DNA of 64,000 nt from Utricularia gibba (taxonomy: Eukaryota > Plantae > Magnoliophyta). Position numbers and translations under genes: made by a program. The stretch is from the NCBI GenBank assembly GCA_002189035.1, contig NEEC01000018.1, positions 1,488,001 to 1,552,000 on the forward strand. Reading direction: 5' to 3'. Positions 13,175-27,667 of the stretch are shown piece after piece; positions within the stretch are counted from its first letter, which is position 1; each line of letters begins with the position of its first letter. The notes under the pieces were generated by a model. It searched no databases. It was not told the origin of the DNA and was given only the letters and a program-made list of their open reading frames with translations.

Positions 13175-15746
13175 GGCTGTGTGTTTGGATGGATATGCCA
13201 TGTATGCCATCTTTTTAAAGAGATATTCCCTTGAGGGATGGAAACTGAACTAGAAGAAACCTGCACCAGAACAGCGACACAAGTACTTAATGATGAGATC
13301 CATCTGCAGAGCAGAGACGTCCGGTTCGAGATGACTAGATGTTGAAAGGACGATCACACTGCTGCTCAAGCTCCTACGTGTGCTTCCCAAGCTCTGATTT
13401 TTCACCATCTTGGTAAGCTTTTATTTGTCTTGTCTTCTTCACCTACAAAAATATCAGACTCTCCTCCATCTCCACACACGCACATACACTATCCAGCTAC
13501 TAAACTGTTGCAAACAAGATTGCAGATCAGATCCAAAAATCCAACTTCATAACACATCTGAATCAACAGAACTGAATGCAACCCCATTCAAAATGGCTCA
13601 AGATTCATCTCCTTTGGGACGAACAGTTAAATGTTTCAACATCTTCAAGACACTTGAGTGAAACCAGAAAGTTTGAAAGACAGCGATTTGGATGGATGGG
13701 ATTCAGTGATGGAATCGGAAAGCAACTCAGCTGCCGCAAACCACAACCGGAAAAGATATTTGAGCACGTTTCCGTGGCTGTGTTGAAGATGCATTGAAGG
13801 GCCCAGCCATTGCTCGGATAAAGGTCTACAGAAAAATTGATAGATGAACAAACCCTTGTTCTATCAACTGCTACTGGTTTAGATATTTTATTTTATGCAT
13901 ATTTATAATTATTTTTAATATCTATATAAATATCTAGCAACTGAACCGTACAGATATTTATAAATTATTCAATAAAAAAATATAAAAACAAAAAAGATAT
14001 ATTTTCTTAATGGAAAAAAGGCAAAAAATATCAAGAAATGAAATATCTAACAATTGATAGAGTCTTTGTTTCTAGTCTCTACATTTAGAAAAAAAAAACT
14101 ATAAATTTTTGGTTAGCAAAGTCATCAATGTATTTTTGTAATAAATATTTCATGTTAAAACAATAAGTAAGAATAGTCTCAAATATTATTTATTAAATCA
14201 AAATTAATAATATAGTAAAATTACTATAGCTTATGAGGTTAAAAAAAATCAAAAAATTTTCAAACAAAAAAAATGAATACCAAAAAGAAAAAAAATAATG
14301 CATATCAAATTTTGAAAATTTTAATTAAGGTACTAAAAGTAGGGGAATTCATATATATATATATTCTATTAAGGTAAAAAAATAATTCTGATCAAAATGC
14401 AATTAAATATTAAATATTTGAAAGAAATGGAAATTCTTGCCAAATATAAAAAAAAACCAAAAATTTCAAATTGATATTGAATTAAAGGAATTAAATGCAC
14501 ATGTGGCAAGAATATCAATCATTATGTAAAGTAATAATTAAAAAGAAAGACTGAGACGTGTCAACATAAAAAAAAAAACGATTTATGATGATTATGACAC
14601 GTAGGAAAGTCCAAAAAATGTGATATTGGAATAATCCGATCGGTTTTTAAATTTACGGATATATGATTAATTTTTATTTATTCAGTTGAGAAAGAGATTT
14701 TATATTCTAATGTTTGATATTATTAGAATATATGTACACGAATTAAATAATAATATAACTAAATATTCTATTATATAATTGTTAAATTAGTCATGTATAT
14801 CAATTCTGTTTTTTTTTTTGTAAACAAAAGTATGTAAGCAATGTAATATGAAAAAAATTAGTTGAAATTTATTATATAAAATTTTAAAATCAATGGCATA
14901 GCATTATAGATGCAGTGAAATTTTATTTTAAAAAATTGAAAATTATGATAATGAAATTGAAAATCAGATATATGATGGGATTGTGTCTCAATTATAGAAT
15001 ATATAATAATTTCGGATATAAATATTAGAAATTAATATTTATGAATAATAATTATAATTTTGAATGTGAATATTATTAGAACAAAAAATTATTAATCGAA
15101 AAATTCAACTGATATACTTAAGTATATATAATACTTTATAAATTATGATTAATAGGTTGTATATAATATGTTATAATGTGATTTACATTTTTTATACATT
15201 TTAATTTCATACATGTACTTGTCTAATACGTTGAACTTTAATTTCAATATATTATAAAATAGCCAAAATGGATTTTGCATTGTTCTTAGTTTCGATTAAA
15301 AAACAATAAGATACATTACATTTAAACAAAAAAAGATTAATCTATAAATCAAATATTATCTATAATTATAAAAAAAATTAAGGTCACTTCAACTTAATGG
15401 TATATATCATATCAAAAATGATATAATTAAATATATAAGATATTGTGAATTAATCTATTATATCTATATTTTTCTGATATAATTTATGCTTATTCTCAAT
15501 TTAAATATATATCAATTATCCATCATAAACAGCAATACTGTTTCCCTGAGCGAATTCGGACAAATGGCGCACAAGTGTTTTTTTTTATCCAGGAACTCAG
15601 TCGTTGGATCTGATCATGTGAACTGCTTGCGCTGTAGAGTGTTGTTTTCTTGCGTATGAATTCTACACCTTCTCGGGCATTGTGGCAGTTCATTGCCGAC
15701 CAATCGCCGCCACCATTGCCGTATTATTGTCTCTCATGTGTGGTTG

Positions 15747-18182
15747 TCAGGAAAAAGAAGGCCAGAGACCGGAGTAGCTGCGGGGACCCGCCGTGCCTTG
15801 CTTCCTTACAATCTGTTGTTTCTCATGTGAAGGTGCAGCTGTACAGACGGGGAGTTCATTCTCGGCATACGGTGGCACCCGCAGTACAGGATTCCTCTCG
15901 AAGAAGTTTACCGGCTTCAAATCGAAGCCGGAGGAGATTGTGGGCATGATCGGGAAGTCTTCTTGGCACGGAACATGATGAAAACCAAGCGTATACCACA
16001 CAACAATGTCCTGGTTCTCGATGTCCCTATCGCTGCAAAACATTTCAAACAAGCAGATGAATCATGTGCTCGTAATACGACTGAAAACGATCGATCGGAG
16101 ATGTTTCGTTTTACCGGTCGGACCAGACTTGCAGCGAATCTTCACCATGGCTCTGGAAGGTAAACAAGCCCCCTGCCCATTGCTCAGACCTGTCGTAACG
16201 CGTGACCCATATCTGGTTGTTAGCAAATGAGCTTCTCTTCTCTGGGGGTCTTCCCGGTCAAGCAAGCTAGCGGCTGTGCCGGCAGGCACGAATTTGTAGC
16301 CAACAGGGTTGCCTACTCTGCTCTTTTTGTTCATGTTGATCACATGAAACTCAGATGGGTCATAGAGCTTCAGCTTGATCTGTGCATCCTTCTCCCTTTT
16401 CACCACTTCCTTCTTAACCTTCATGTAGCTCTTTCGAGGAGACTTCCCATCTGTGCTTTCTCTTTTGAGATGCACGTTTACAAAGGAGTTGTTTCTGCCA
16501 TCGATGTCCATGTCGAGGTGGAAGTTGATGTAGTGGTCGTGGACAACTCCGATGATGTTGTCTGATAATAAGGTGCCGTACAGATCTTCGTCTTCCCCGA
16601 TTTCGTTCGTGTTCACGTAGGAGGTGCCCTTCACTATGACAATTCCGGTCAGGGAGACCTCCACATGGATCAGTCCATCTGCATTGAACTCCCAATCCAC
16701 AATGTAGTCGTAGTTCCCAATGCTCGCCACCATTCTCACAACCAGTGAAATCTTCGGCCGCGCCTCGCGAATCTGATCGATTTTCACGTCTGTTAGAGAA
16801 ACAAGCAGACAGAACAGTAGAACTCAGTCTTTTTAGTATAAGCCTTTACCACTTCAACACCAACAATGGGATTCTCTGAGTGTCTCCATGCGACATCTCC
16901 GGCATATCTCTCAAACAGACAAATGATGTCTGGTTTGACGTATGGGGTGCCATCAGAAGCAGCGAAAACGGCGTCCATATATCGTGCATTTCTTGGACAA
17001 TCATTGATCCTTTCCAGGGGAGAGCCTGAAGCCCCAGTCCGTACTCACCGGCATCCATATATGTCTTGAAATACCAGGCTTCTTCGGGATCCATGTAGGG
17101 TACAAAGAGCTCCGATGGGAACCCCTTGTACATTACACTCCTGAGCTCCCCTGTTTCAGAATCACGAACACGTGCTCGAGAAACGATGACCCCTGCTCTC
17201 GGATCCGGCTTCAAGTGGAATTCCCAGTTCGCCCACTTCACCAAATGCCCATCCTCGATCACGAAATTGGGGCCGTTCGGCTGCTCCATGGATATGGGGC
17301 TGGAGAGCTTGAAAACGGGGGTCTGTTCAGCAGATAATCTGTAATCCGTACCGGCTGCTTTAGGGATTGGGATGTGTTTCCCTTTATCCACAATGCTCAC
17401 AATTTCTTTGGTGTCTATATCTGTAATGGCGATGATTCCTTCGATGGGTCTCATGTAGAAGTTTACTGTATCCTTGTTTACGAAGCATTCTAACTTGCCA
17501 AGCCTTCTCCTGTTTTCAGCCTCGCCTGAAAAAGTCAAGAGCTATGAAAGTGGGGGGAAATTGGATTCTTTTGCAGTCGCTATGGGCGATTTCTCCATAC
17601 CGTACCACCCGGGGAGAAGGGCAAGCAAACGACGGTGTTGAGATCGATGCCTCTTTCCGCAACCGTGCGGTTGAAATCGGCGTTCTGAAAAGGCGCCCCC
17701 GACAAGCTCGTCATATCCTCCACCGTCAAAGTCGGGAAACCGGAGGTATGGGTAACGTCATTCTCTGCCACTGCCCCGGTAGCCAAATCCACCGTCAATA
17801 GGTAATTTTTCCCCGCGGCGCGTAGAATCACCGAAGCCTGGCGCGGAGGCAATGGGTCCCCCTTATTCCACCGGAGAACCAGTTCCTTCTCCGGTTCCTC
17901 CAGAACCAACGAGTGGATGGCGTAGGGTGAGGTCCCGAAGTAAGAACGGAGGATCTGCTGGACCTTTTCCAACTCCTGCAGAGTCAGTGGGTCGAGAGGG
18001 TGGCGAGGGGCGTCCTTTGTGTGGTCTCCGGTGATAGAGGCGGTGTAGAACCGGCGGAGGTTCCCCGAGCCGCGGAGGTGAAAATTTCTGGTGGAGTGAA
18101 TGAGAAATCCAAAAACTGCCAGCAGCGGTAATATCAGAAAGATGAGGATGCAGCGCAGGTGACGCCGACGCGGCGGTTCCAT
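15747..18182 (-). CDS. Copper amine oxidase (CuAO, gamma-like) with N-terminal membrane anchor; three apparent -1 frameshifts
   Basis: [49 protein letters not shown] (TPQ precursor), VHDHY and [15 protein letters not shown] (Cu ligands). Short introns near 17600-17526, 16845-16773 and about 16115-16040. Confidence 0.93.
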
Positions 18183-19759
18183 TGGTCGGAGATGAGACCT
18201 TAATCACAGCACAAAATTCCCAAGTGAAGAAGCATTATCACAGCAGATCAGATGACAAAAATACTAATCAATTGGGGCCCAGTAATCCCTCGGGCCCCAC
18301 TCATTGGCGGAATGAGTATCCAATTCCAACCCTAACTCCTTGTCGTTTCATTGTACAGAAGTTTCGTTTTGATTTTTCATTCATCGGGAATCGGGATTCG
18401 GAAGTTGGGTCGGGTCACCCGCGACCCTGACAAAAAATATATATTGTTTATTTTTTAATTGATTATATATCTATTTTTTGAGTTACTAAGTATTATAATA
18501 CAAAATTATCAATAAAATATTAGTGATATGTATTTCAATTAATAAAAAATATTTTAAATAAATGACATCATAAATGAGGAAATAAGAAATCATATTATTA
18601 TATTCAACGTCAAAGAATAAAAATCAAATTAGTCATCCATAATTATCATATTCAAATTAATGAATTTCATTTACTTATAAAAATACCAAGTTGAAATTAA
18701 ATCGATCTATTAACATCCCTAATTGCGACTCATGAAAAGAATTAGTGAGGATGAATTGAATAAAATAATTAGGACTATTCGAATCTGACTTGATATCATC
18801 TTGACCTTTAATAGGATTGCAAGGATTGTATGGGACGTATTCCGTATTTTAATTATGTAATTCAAAATATGTAAAATATAATCAATTTTAAGATTATAAA
18901 CTTATTTATTAAAATAATATAAAATTATATATCGTAAAACTTGATAGACTAAATTAATATAAATTTTAATTTGATAATGTAATTTTCAGAATGTGTAAAA
19001 ATTAAATAATATAATTTTGTAATTAATGTATTATTTAATCACTATAATGAATATTAAGAAAAATTAATAATTTGTAAACTTAATTTCAAAATATAATTTT
19101 CAATTTGAATATCGAATGGATAAAAATTAAATAAAATCACTTCAAGAAATGATGAAAACATAATAAATATAAAATATTTTAAATTATGAGCAGTTTAATT
19201 TTAGAATATAAATAAATTAAAGAAAGAAAAACGATGAAAAATATGCAAGCGAGGTGAAATATAGATACAAAACCAATTTCTATAGATCACAATTTAGAAA
19301 ATAATTTTAAAATTGTTATTTTCAAGCATTTAAATCAATACTACGACTATGAAGTAGGTTTCCTAGGTTTGGGCCTTTTCTACAAATTGAAGCAAGTGTT
19401 GGGGCAACGAACGAATTATTAGAAAATTGGGGGCGATCGCATGATTTCAAGAAGCTTTGAGGGGTATCTGAATTTTTACGAAGTATTGGGGCATAGGATT
19501 GCCGAGGTCCCCACGGGCCACGGCTGTCATCACATGTGTTGTTGCGCTTTACTGCTTCGTCTCCGTCGTTTAATCTTTTGACATTAAATTTTACTGGAGA
19601 AATATGTGGTTTGAGGTTAATTAATCATCTTTTGCACTTCCAAAACTCGAAAGCAATTATTGCGTTCTTCACTTCCGGGGAAGTGATCCCGGATTCCGAA
19701 CTGTTGATGTCGACTTGAATTGCGGGCGAGTCGTATGTACCTAGCTTTTACAACCAGTA

Positions 19760-22700
19760 ATGAAAGGTGGCGGCTTTTCGGCGCCCGGCGATTTTGTGAA
19801 TTTCAAGTCGCACGTCCCATTGCACAAGATTCCGGTGAGCTCCGCTTTTTCTCTTTTTAGTCTAATCTGATTTCTGATACCCATTATTTAAGAGGGGATG
19901 GCTCCCTTAGGGAACTTGGGAAGTTTGGAAAACAGTTTCCCAATTGGTGTCTGGGTTGTTGGATTCTTTATTAATTGATTTGCTCCTAGCCTCTGTTTTA
20001 AAGTTTGTATTTTTGGTCGATGTTCTATGAGAATGTGTTTCATTTAGTTTCTTGCCTTTTAGACTGCATCGCGCAATCTATAGGAAATTCTTTTTAGAGG
20101 AATGGGATAAGGGGATTTGTGTAAAAAATATGTTTAATTGGCCAGTGTAGTCACTAATCGTTTTAGCCAACACTTTCCTGGAGACCATTTTCATGTACTG
20201 GGTAACTTTCATTTGATTTCAGTAAGAATCATGCCTTTATGTCCAAAATTCTTGTAGATTGGATCAAAGCATTGGAGATACTATGATTTTGGCCCCAAAA
20301 CGGTTCCCCCAGTAATATGTTTACCTGGGATATCTGCAACTGCAGATGTATTCTACAAGCAAATTATGGCTCTATCCGCCAAGGTAGTTTGGTTTATGGA
20401 TTTTCTTATTCTCTACCTTGAATGGTAATAGTTACCCTTCATTTCTATATTTAATAGTCAAATAGTGATAGCCGGTAGCCAGACTGTATCTGTCAATATA
20501 ATTGGACAATCTAAATTTATCTTTTAAGGTAGCTCATCATGCAGTGTATATGCTTAAGAACTTATTTCGTGGACGTCTTTTCCATGTTCAAGGTTCTTTT
20601 TTTGTAGTATAGTGTTCCTTGATTCAATATCTCACATCCTCCTCTTCTATTATTTACATTTTAATTCTTTCTGGAAACTTATGACTCTTCTACCACACTC
20701 AGGGCTATCGAATCATTTCTGTTGATATTCCTCGCGTAAGGAATCACCAAGAATGGATTCAAGCATTTGAGAAATTTCTGGATGTTGTTGATGTTCGCCA
20801 TGTGAGACTTTTAATTCCAAAATTTAAAGTTTGTTCATCTGCATCTGCATTTGTCTCCTATTGGCACATGGTTTATTTTATCCATTTTCATCGTTTGTCT
20901 TTAAACTCAGGTTCAACTTTGGTGGTATATTTCTGGGAGAACCTTGTCACACATTTATTAGAAATACACTAAAAAAACAACCATTGCTATATTATTTGCC
21001 ATAATGCAAAATATTCTTTAAAAAAGTAAGTCTGGTGTTTGAATATTCACTGAAGGGGGATTGACTGTTTTAGAGATTGGCCGAGTTTGCATATTTCCTC
21101 TCTGTAGGGAAATTGATTTATTCATTGGAGAAGAGCGTTATTTGTTTTTGGCTTGACTTTTTAGAAACTTCTTTTCTTGGAAAAAAACGTTCGTGCTGTA
21201 TGCATATCTTGAACCCTTTCTGGTGAAACTTATTTTCATGTTGTAACTGAATTAATAGGTTGTGGATCGGTCAAAGTTCCCTTGATTATGATTCTGCCTT
21301 CTAAACCACTTGAACTGAAATTTCACATAGTTTATGTACAATAGCTTTCTCCCTTGCGTTTGATCTTACTCTTTCAACATGTTATGATGGTATTTATCTG
21401 TATTCTCTAGGTTCATCTCTATGGTACAGCTCTTGGAGGCTTCCTGGCTCAACTCTTTGCTCAGCATCGCCCTCGTCGAGTCAAGTCCTTGATACTTTCA
21501 AACACGTACCTGGAATCAAATAGTTTCTCTGCAGCAATGCCTTGGGCTCCAATGTATGTTCCGATGATTAGCATTTTTAATTACTCTTTCATTGCACTTT
21601 GGTGGAGCCAATTCACCATACTGATGTTATCACCCTTCGAATAAGCACCAAGTGTTATCTCCTGTGTAGGAATTTATGATGATACTAGCTCAACTTCCAT
21701 GTTCCAGTTTATGCAATTTTCATAATAAAATGTAGACTATGCCATTTTTATCCTCTTATGATACTCTCTTGATTGTGACCTCAATAATCGGCAGTGTAGG
21801 TTGGACACCTTCCTTTCTGCTAAAGCGTTATGTCCTAACCGGCATGCGTGGTGGACCTTATGAGCCCTTTATTGCAGATTCAGTTGATTTTATTGTTTCT
21901 CAGGTGAAGTTCTTTAGCATTCTCAGACTTATTCGTTGCAGTTGTTTTTCTGCTCCATAAGTCATAAAAGTAATATGTTGCTCCTTTCTGCTTGCAGGTG
22001 GAAACACTGTCCAAAGATGATTTGGCCTCTAGATTAAGCCTTAGTGTGGATTCAGCATCGGTTGGGCATCTTCTTCTCTCCGATTCTTTTATCACCATCA
22101 TGGATGTAAGTACACCATCACTCACTTTTTGGAGTTCTCTTGAGTCTTCATGTAATCCTGATATTTCTGGTTCTGTTTCAACTTTGCGATGGAATAAAGA
22201 CGAATGATTTCTGTTCCATTCCCCAACAACTTAGAAACCAAGTTGCTGAAAGATACCCTGGTGCTAGACAAGCGTATCTCAAGTCAGGTGGCGACTTCCC
22301 TTTCCTTTCTCGATCAGATGAAGTGAATCTGCATCTTCAGGTAGCTGGGACTGCTGTGATTTTCAACCTCCATTTGGTTGCATTTTCATGATCCTCTCTT
22401 TACCTCACAACAGCTTCACCTCAGACGGTCTGGTGTAGAAGCCCGGCCGGAGACCGTCCCAAGCCTCCCAAAGAATGACACCGGTGGCAGCTCAGGCAGC
22501 AAAAATGACACAGAGGGAGGTGATCATGGTGCAGCAGACGCACCTGCGCCTGCACCATCACAAGATCCAGAGGAGAGTGGTGGCTCAGGGCCAAGTAACT
22601 TAAACGAGCCACTTATGCTTCCAGGAGGCTTGATGGCTGGTAACTTAGAGAGCCAAATCCTCACCAGTGCCGGGATATCCAGCCGGGGACACCATGAGCA

Positions 22701-22794
22701 AAACGCAGCAGATTCGGAATCGGTTTCCGGCTTTGGGTATGTTTCTTCTCTACCACCTGCAGAACGTGTACATGAGTTACTTTATAGCAACTGA
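19760..22794 (+). CDS. Maspardin-like alpha/beta-hydrolase
   Basis: Eight GT-AG exons: MKGGGFSAPGDFVNFKSHVPLHKIP/IGSKHWRYYDFGPK/GYRIISVDIP/VHLYGTALGGFLAQ/VGWTPSFLLKRY/VETLSKDDLASRL/TNDF...GGDFPFLSR/LHLRR. Confidence 0.9.
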
Positions 22795-23391
22795 TGGGAT
22801 CAAAGACGAGATCAAAGCATGCATCTTTCACTTGAACATCTGGTTGCTGCTGCCATTTGAATGGAATGGAGGAGTTTTTTTTTTTAACAGTAGGCACTTT
22901 TGTTCTGGATGCTGTATACTTACAAATGGGCTTCACTCTTTGCACAATTGGGCTTTAAGGCCCGGTTTGGGCTTCAAGGCCTAGTTGAATATAACCCAAT
23001 AATTATGAAAACAGAAATAAAAGAAACGTCGTCGAAATTTGTGAAACGATTATTTTATGATTTTTGGCCACTTAAGGAAAGCGCGGGAAAGGCTACGTAA
23101 AAAAGGTTACCCACTCGCATCCTGACACGTGAATCACACGAGCCAATGAACAATCCACAAGTCATCACGCTCCGGCGACAGCGCGTATGTGGACCCCACT
23201 GTTTTCTCTTTGCTTTTGCCGGTGGCGGCTCCCCAGGGTAGATGAGCATTGCATTAAATGCTCCCGACTTTCAGCTTTACGACGATGAAGCAAGAAAAGG
23301 TGGCTTCCAAGAACTGCAGACAGTTGAGGGAACCCCCATACAAGCTTCAAATCTTGTATACTTTCAGAGGAATAGAGTAGAGATGAGGTCC

Positions 23392-24824
23392 ATGGCCACT
23401 TCAGCATCCTCAAAAGCGTCTTCTTCTCCTCATGGGCCTTCTCATTTCACCCCTGTAAGTGTTCGTTTGTGTTTCTGGAATCGTATTTGGTGATTCTGGT
23501 TCATGGGTGTTGTGTATTTTCTCTGTTTTTTGTTTTATGTGATTTGTAGATTGTGGAAGTTGATGAAGAGGGTGAGTTCCCAAATGGTTTCAGAGGAAGC
23601 GATTATGAGCGTTACCCAATTCCTGTGCGTTCCTATGGAAAAGGGTCTTTCAAAAATGGACCGGAAACCGACGTATCGGCCGGAGTTTTGTGCAACAAAT
23701 GTCGGCCGAGTAGCCGGGATAAACATTCGGCTTTTTCCTGGGAGGAAAACCTTTTTGCGGCAGCCAGCCCAAATGGGATTTTCAAATCGTTTTTGGCTTC
23801 GCTGTCTATGAAGAGAAGTCCCGTTTCATCAGACGGCGGCTCAGTCGTGTCAAAAGAGGAGCATTGGAAGGCGGTGGTGGCGGAGCTCTCAAAGAAGCTT
23901 GTGAATGCTTCGATGAAAAGGGATGAAGCCATTGCTGAAACTTCGAAGCTGAAGTACTCCATGGCTGAGCTTGAGAAGAAACTGAATAAGCTTGAAATCT
24001 ACTGCCGGAGGTTGAAACAGGGGCTTGAAGTTGGCAACAATGACAACCGGCTCCACAAACTGAACTACTCCTGCATCAAAATTGGGGATCCACATAAAGT
24101 GATTCACCATTTCTTGATCATGGTCTCTGAATCAAGGTCATCAGTCCGTGTTCTAAGCCGTGCTCTGTTCCTGCAAATGACCCGAATGGGAGGAAAAGTG
24201 TACGAGCGCTTCTCACTCCAACTACAATCGTATGAAATCAACCCCTCATTTTCAAAGAACCCCAGAAACTGCCTTGTCTATCTTGAAGCCTTACTGAGCA
24301 GTGTTTTCTACCAAGATTTTGAATCCAATGGTTTCCAGAAGGACTCCACGAACCCAATTCTGAATCCGATAGATCATTGTGAAGCCAATTTCAACATGTT
24401 CAACAAGCTCAGTCAACTATCATGGGAAGAAGTTCTCAGCAAAGGAACCAAATGCTTCAGTGAAGAGTTGAGCAACTTCTGCAACAGAAAAATGAGTGAC
24501 ATTGTGGGCATGCTGGGATGGAGCCATGCTTGGCCTGAACCACTTTTGCATGCCTTTTTCAGAGCTTCAAAAGCCATTTGGTTAGTGCATTCGTTAGCTT
24601 ATTCAGTTCATCCTTGTTTACCCATCTTTCGGGTGGATAAAGGAGCAAGATTTGATAGTGTGTACATGGAAGATATTGGAGCTGAGGAGGTTGCAGCAGC
24701 AGGGGCAACAACGATCAGAATGATGGTTGCTCCCGGATTCTATGTTTATGATAACGTTGTGAAATGTAAAGTTATGTGCAGCCATAATCTTGGATCCAAT
24801 GGCTATGGAAATGAAGACAAATGA
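23392..24824 (+). CDS. IRK-interacting-protein-like (GIL1/IRKI C-terminal domain family)
   Basis: Short exon 23392-23454 (MATS...HFTP) spliced to a long exon from 23550. Coiled coil, FSEELSNFCNRKM, WPEPLLHAFF, IFRVDKG, V.PGFYVYDNVVKCKVMC. Confidence 0.8.
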
Positions 24825-25060
24825 GGAGGGAATCACTGGGAACAGTGGGAACCATGTCAGACTTGGGAGATTGGTTTTGTAAATCCTGACTTTTGGTATC
24901 ACATTCACATGCTATATTATCAAAGTTAAATATATAAAACAAAGTTTTTGACTAATTTCTATTATGTAACCTAAACAAGCACAGAAGTGCAAGGCACAGC
25001 AGTGTACAGATGCAGGAGAATGGTAATAGAAAAATGATACATTACTTGTGCAGTTTTCAA

Positions 25061-27451
25061 CTAGAGAGTTTTCTTTGCTTCACCATTCAGTAAAGGAGCG
25101 ATTTCTGCTTTCCTCTTCTTGCATTGCCTAACAAGCTTGTTTATCTGTAAAATATATGACTCGACGTTGAATTTCCTCTTGCAGCCTGCATAGTTCATGT
25201 ATCGTATTTTCCCAAAAATCGGACGCTCTTTCCACCCCTAAATGATCATAAACATGATATTACTAATGCAGTTTACAATGCACATCAGTTCAATGGAATG
25301 AAACCAAGGTGTCTTCTGTTAAAGGTGTGGAAGACTTGGAACAAGAAAGGTGAGCATTTGAGCTTCTGAGAGGGAAGTTTTAATGGTACCTGGTCGTGAA
25401 CTCCACATATTGACCACATGCACCCAACATAGCCATTTGGATCTCTTCCATCCAGATGATACTGCAGCGTGATGGAGTGGAATATCAGATGACTTTCCCA
25501 AGAGAATTTGAGAGAATACTCTTCAGAAGTATATCAATCGATGAAATTAGTACCTTATCATTCAAGAAAATTGAAATTTCCAGAGCTTCCTCCGGTCCCT
25601 TTGTCCACTCAAGAATCTTTTTGGCCCAATACATCCTGCATTGATTCACAGAGCCAACCAAGTCTGCTGAGAAATGTGCAGATTGAAATGAGCTGAGGCT
25701 CAAGATTTAATGAGGACGATTGATATGGCCTACTACTCAGGAGCAGTCCAGGTACATGGCCAGAGTAATGTGAAACTGGGACTTTTCAAAATACATGACA
25801 ACATATATTACAGAAGGAAAACAACAATCAGTGCACATAACTTGCCTCATGAAACCATGCATCTTTCCATAATGAACCAATTCTAGCTGTGCAGCATTCC
25901 AAAGCTGAAAGGAAGATGAGAATGGATAGGACAAGAGATATCAAAATGCATATATTGAATGAGATACATCAACCTAGAAAGGGCTATTCTCCAATTAAAC
26001 ACTGCTTCCTTACTTGATCAGCAGTTTGACCCTTTTCAAGTTGCTCCCTCCTAAGGCAGAGCATCAAGTTCAAAGCATTTAATCAGCAGATGCTAGACGA
26101 GGTGAAGAGATAAAACAGCAAGATACGGAGGGAAGCAAAAAAGCAGAGAGCTCACGTGTATGTATGTTCACGCTTGTCAGAGGCATGGTCCATCAACGTC
26201 TTACGAGCCCATTCCCAAGCACCTTTTAAGGAATCATAATTTGGCTGGTAGAAGCAAAAGTTATCGGCGAGTTCTCTGCGGATAATCAGTTCTTCCAAAA
26301 ATGCATCAACAGCCTATGCATGCATTGCAAATTATGCATAAGAACAATAGACTAAAGAGCTGCAGGAAATCCAACGCTGGTGATTAAACACAAACCTGGG
26401 TATGCAACTTCCTAAATTTCTTTGCTTCTAATGCACATCTTTGAGCTGATATCTGCCCAAAGTGCAGATACGGGGATAGACAAGACAACGCCTTCGGCTT
26501 CCCTGGATCATTCCTATCCGTATGATACTTTCCCAGTCTTGTTGTCAAGAATCCCTCTCTCTTCCCAAGTAATACTTCTGCAGCTGCTTGTTCACCCGGT
26601 TCACACCATTCAACTTCCGGAACTTCTGCTCCCTGACTGGTAATATTGTCAGTTTCAATCCAAAAACATGTACAAAGAACACATATGGCAAAAACTTCAT
26701 TTCGCAACCCACCTCACCACTCTTTCTATGATATCATCCCAATGGATAGAATCAACAGAGGAAGGCCATTTTATTCCAGGAGTTGTTAGTTCAGGAAAAT
26801 CAATCAGGTACTCCGAAAGCCTTTTGGTTATCTTCCCCCTGATAGTTCTTGCACCATACTCCAATTTATCAGAGGCAACCCATACTGGCACCACATTATG
26901 TGCATCAACTTCATGTATTGCCACAGATTTATTCACCCTCTTGCAAATCTCCTCTTTCCATTGTCTCACTTCCCGTAAGGGTGAAAAATCAGTAACCAAA
27001 AGTGAAGCTCCACATTCGTTTATAAAACTGGGAATTGTGTCCACAGCTTCACCCTAGTGACAGACATGAAAGAAACATGCCCATCAGCACGATACCAAAA
27101 ATTGATACTTCAATAGCATTAAACTTCTACAATGTAGTCAATCACCTGGAACAAGATAAAGGGAATGCCAAGATTGGACTGAAGATCATGGTAAAGCTTC
27201 TTTAGCCCTCGGAGCATGAACCCGTAGTGACGACCCTTCGCGCCCTTGAATTGATGGAATAGATTGAAGGCTATAGCGACAGGAACATTCCAATGGTTGG
27301 CTTGATGGACAGCGTGGATCAATGCCCAGTTGTCTTTCAACCGTTGATCTCTGAACATCCAATACACCACCGGGCCCGCCGGCTTCACATCCACAGCCTC
27401 CTTCAGAACCCGAATCCGACCCGCTTGGACGGCCGCCACGGCGGAAGACAT
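25061..27451 (-). CDS. PHR1: Class II CPD photolyase
   Basis: [121 protein letters not shown]. One GC-AG intron. Confidence 0.96.
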
Positions 27452-27560
27452 GAAAATGGTACAGTGAAGGAAATGAAATGAAGCCGCGGGGGAAGAGGGG
27501 TTTGACAGCAATCTTAAAATGGAGGGAAATATACTTTGTTCGCGCAGCAACGGTCGTGGT

Positions 27561-27667
27561 CCGGACACGGACACGTTGCCGATTCTGGATCGTCTGTTTG
27601 TATTTTGCCTAAAAAAATAAGAAAAATTCATCCAAAGTGTCGTTTTCCGGACACGGACACGGACACG
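27561..27667. repeat. Two short tandem GGACAC arrays (2 and 3 copies) in the photolyase 5' region
   Basis: CCGGACACGGACACG at 27561-27575 and CCGGACACGGACACGGACACG at 27647-27667. Confidence 0.85.

Noticed and set aside
13860-14061. Imperfect inverted ends TCTATCAACTG / CAATTGATAGA suggesting a MITE
   Set aside because: The repeats are short, in very AT-rich DNA, with no clear target-site duplication. It is possibly a relic but unsupported.
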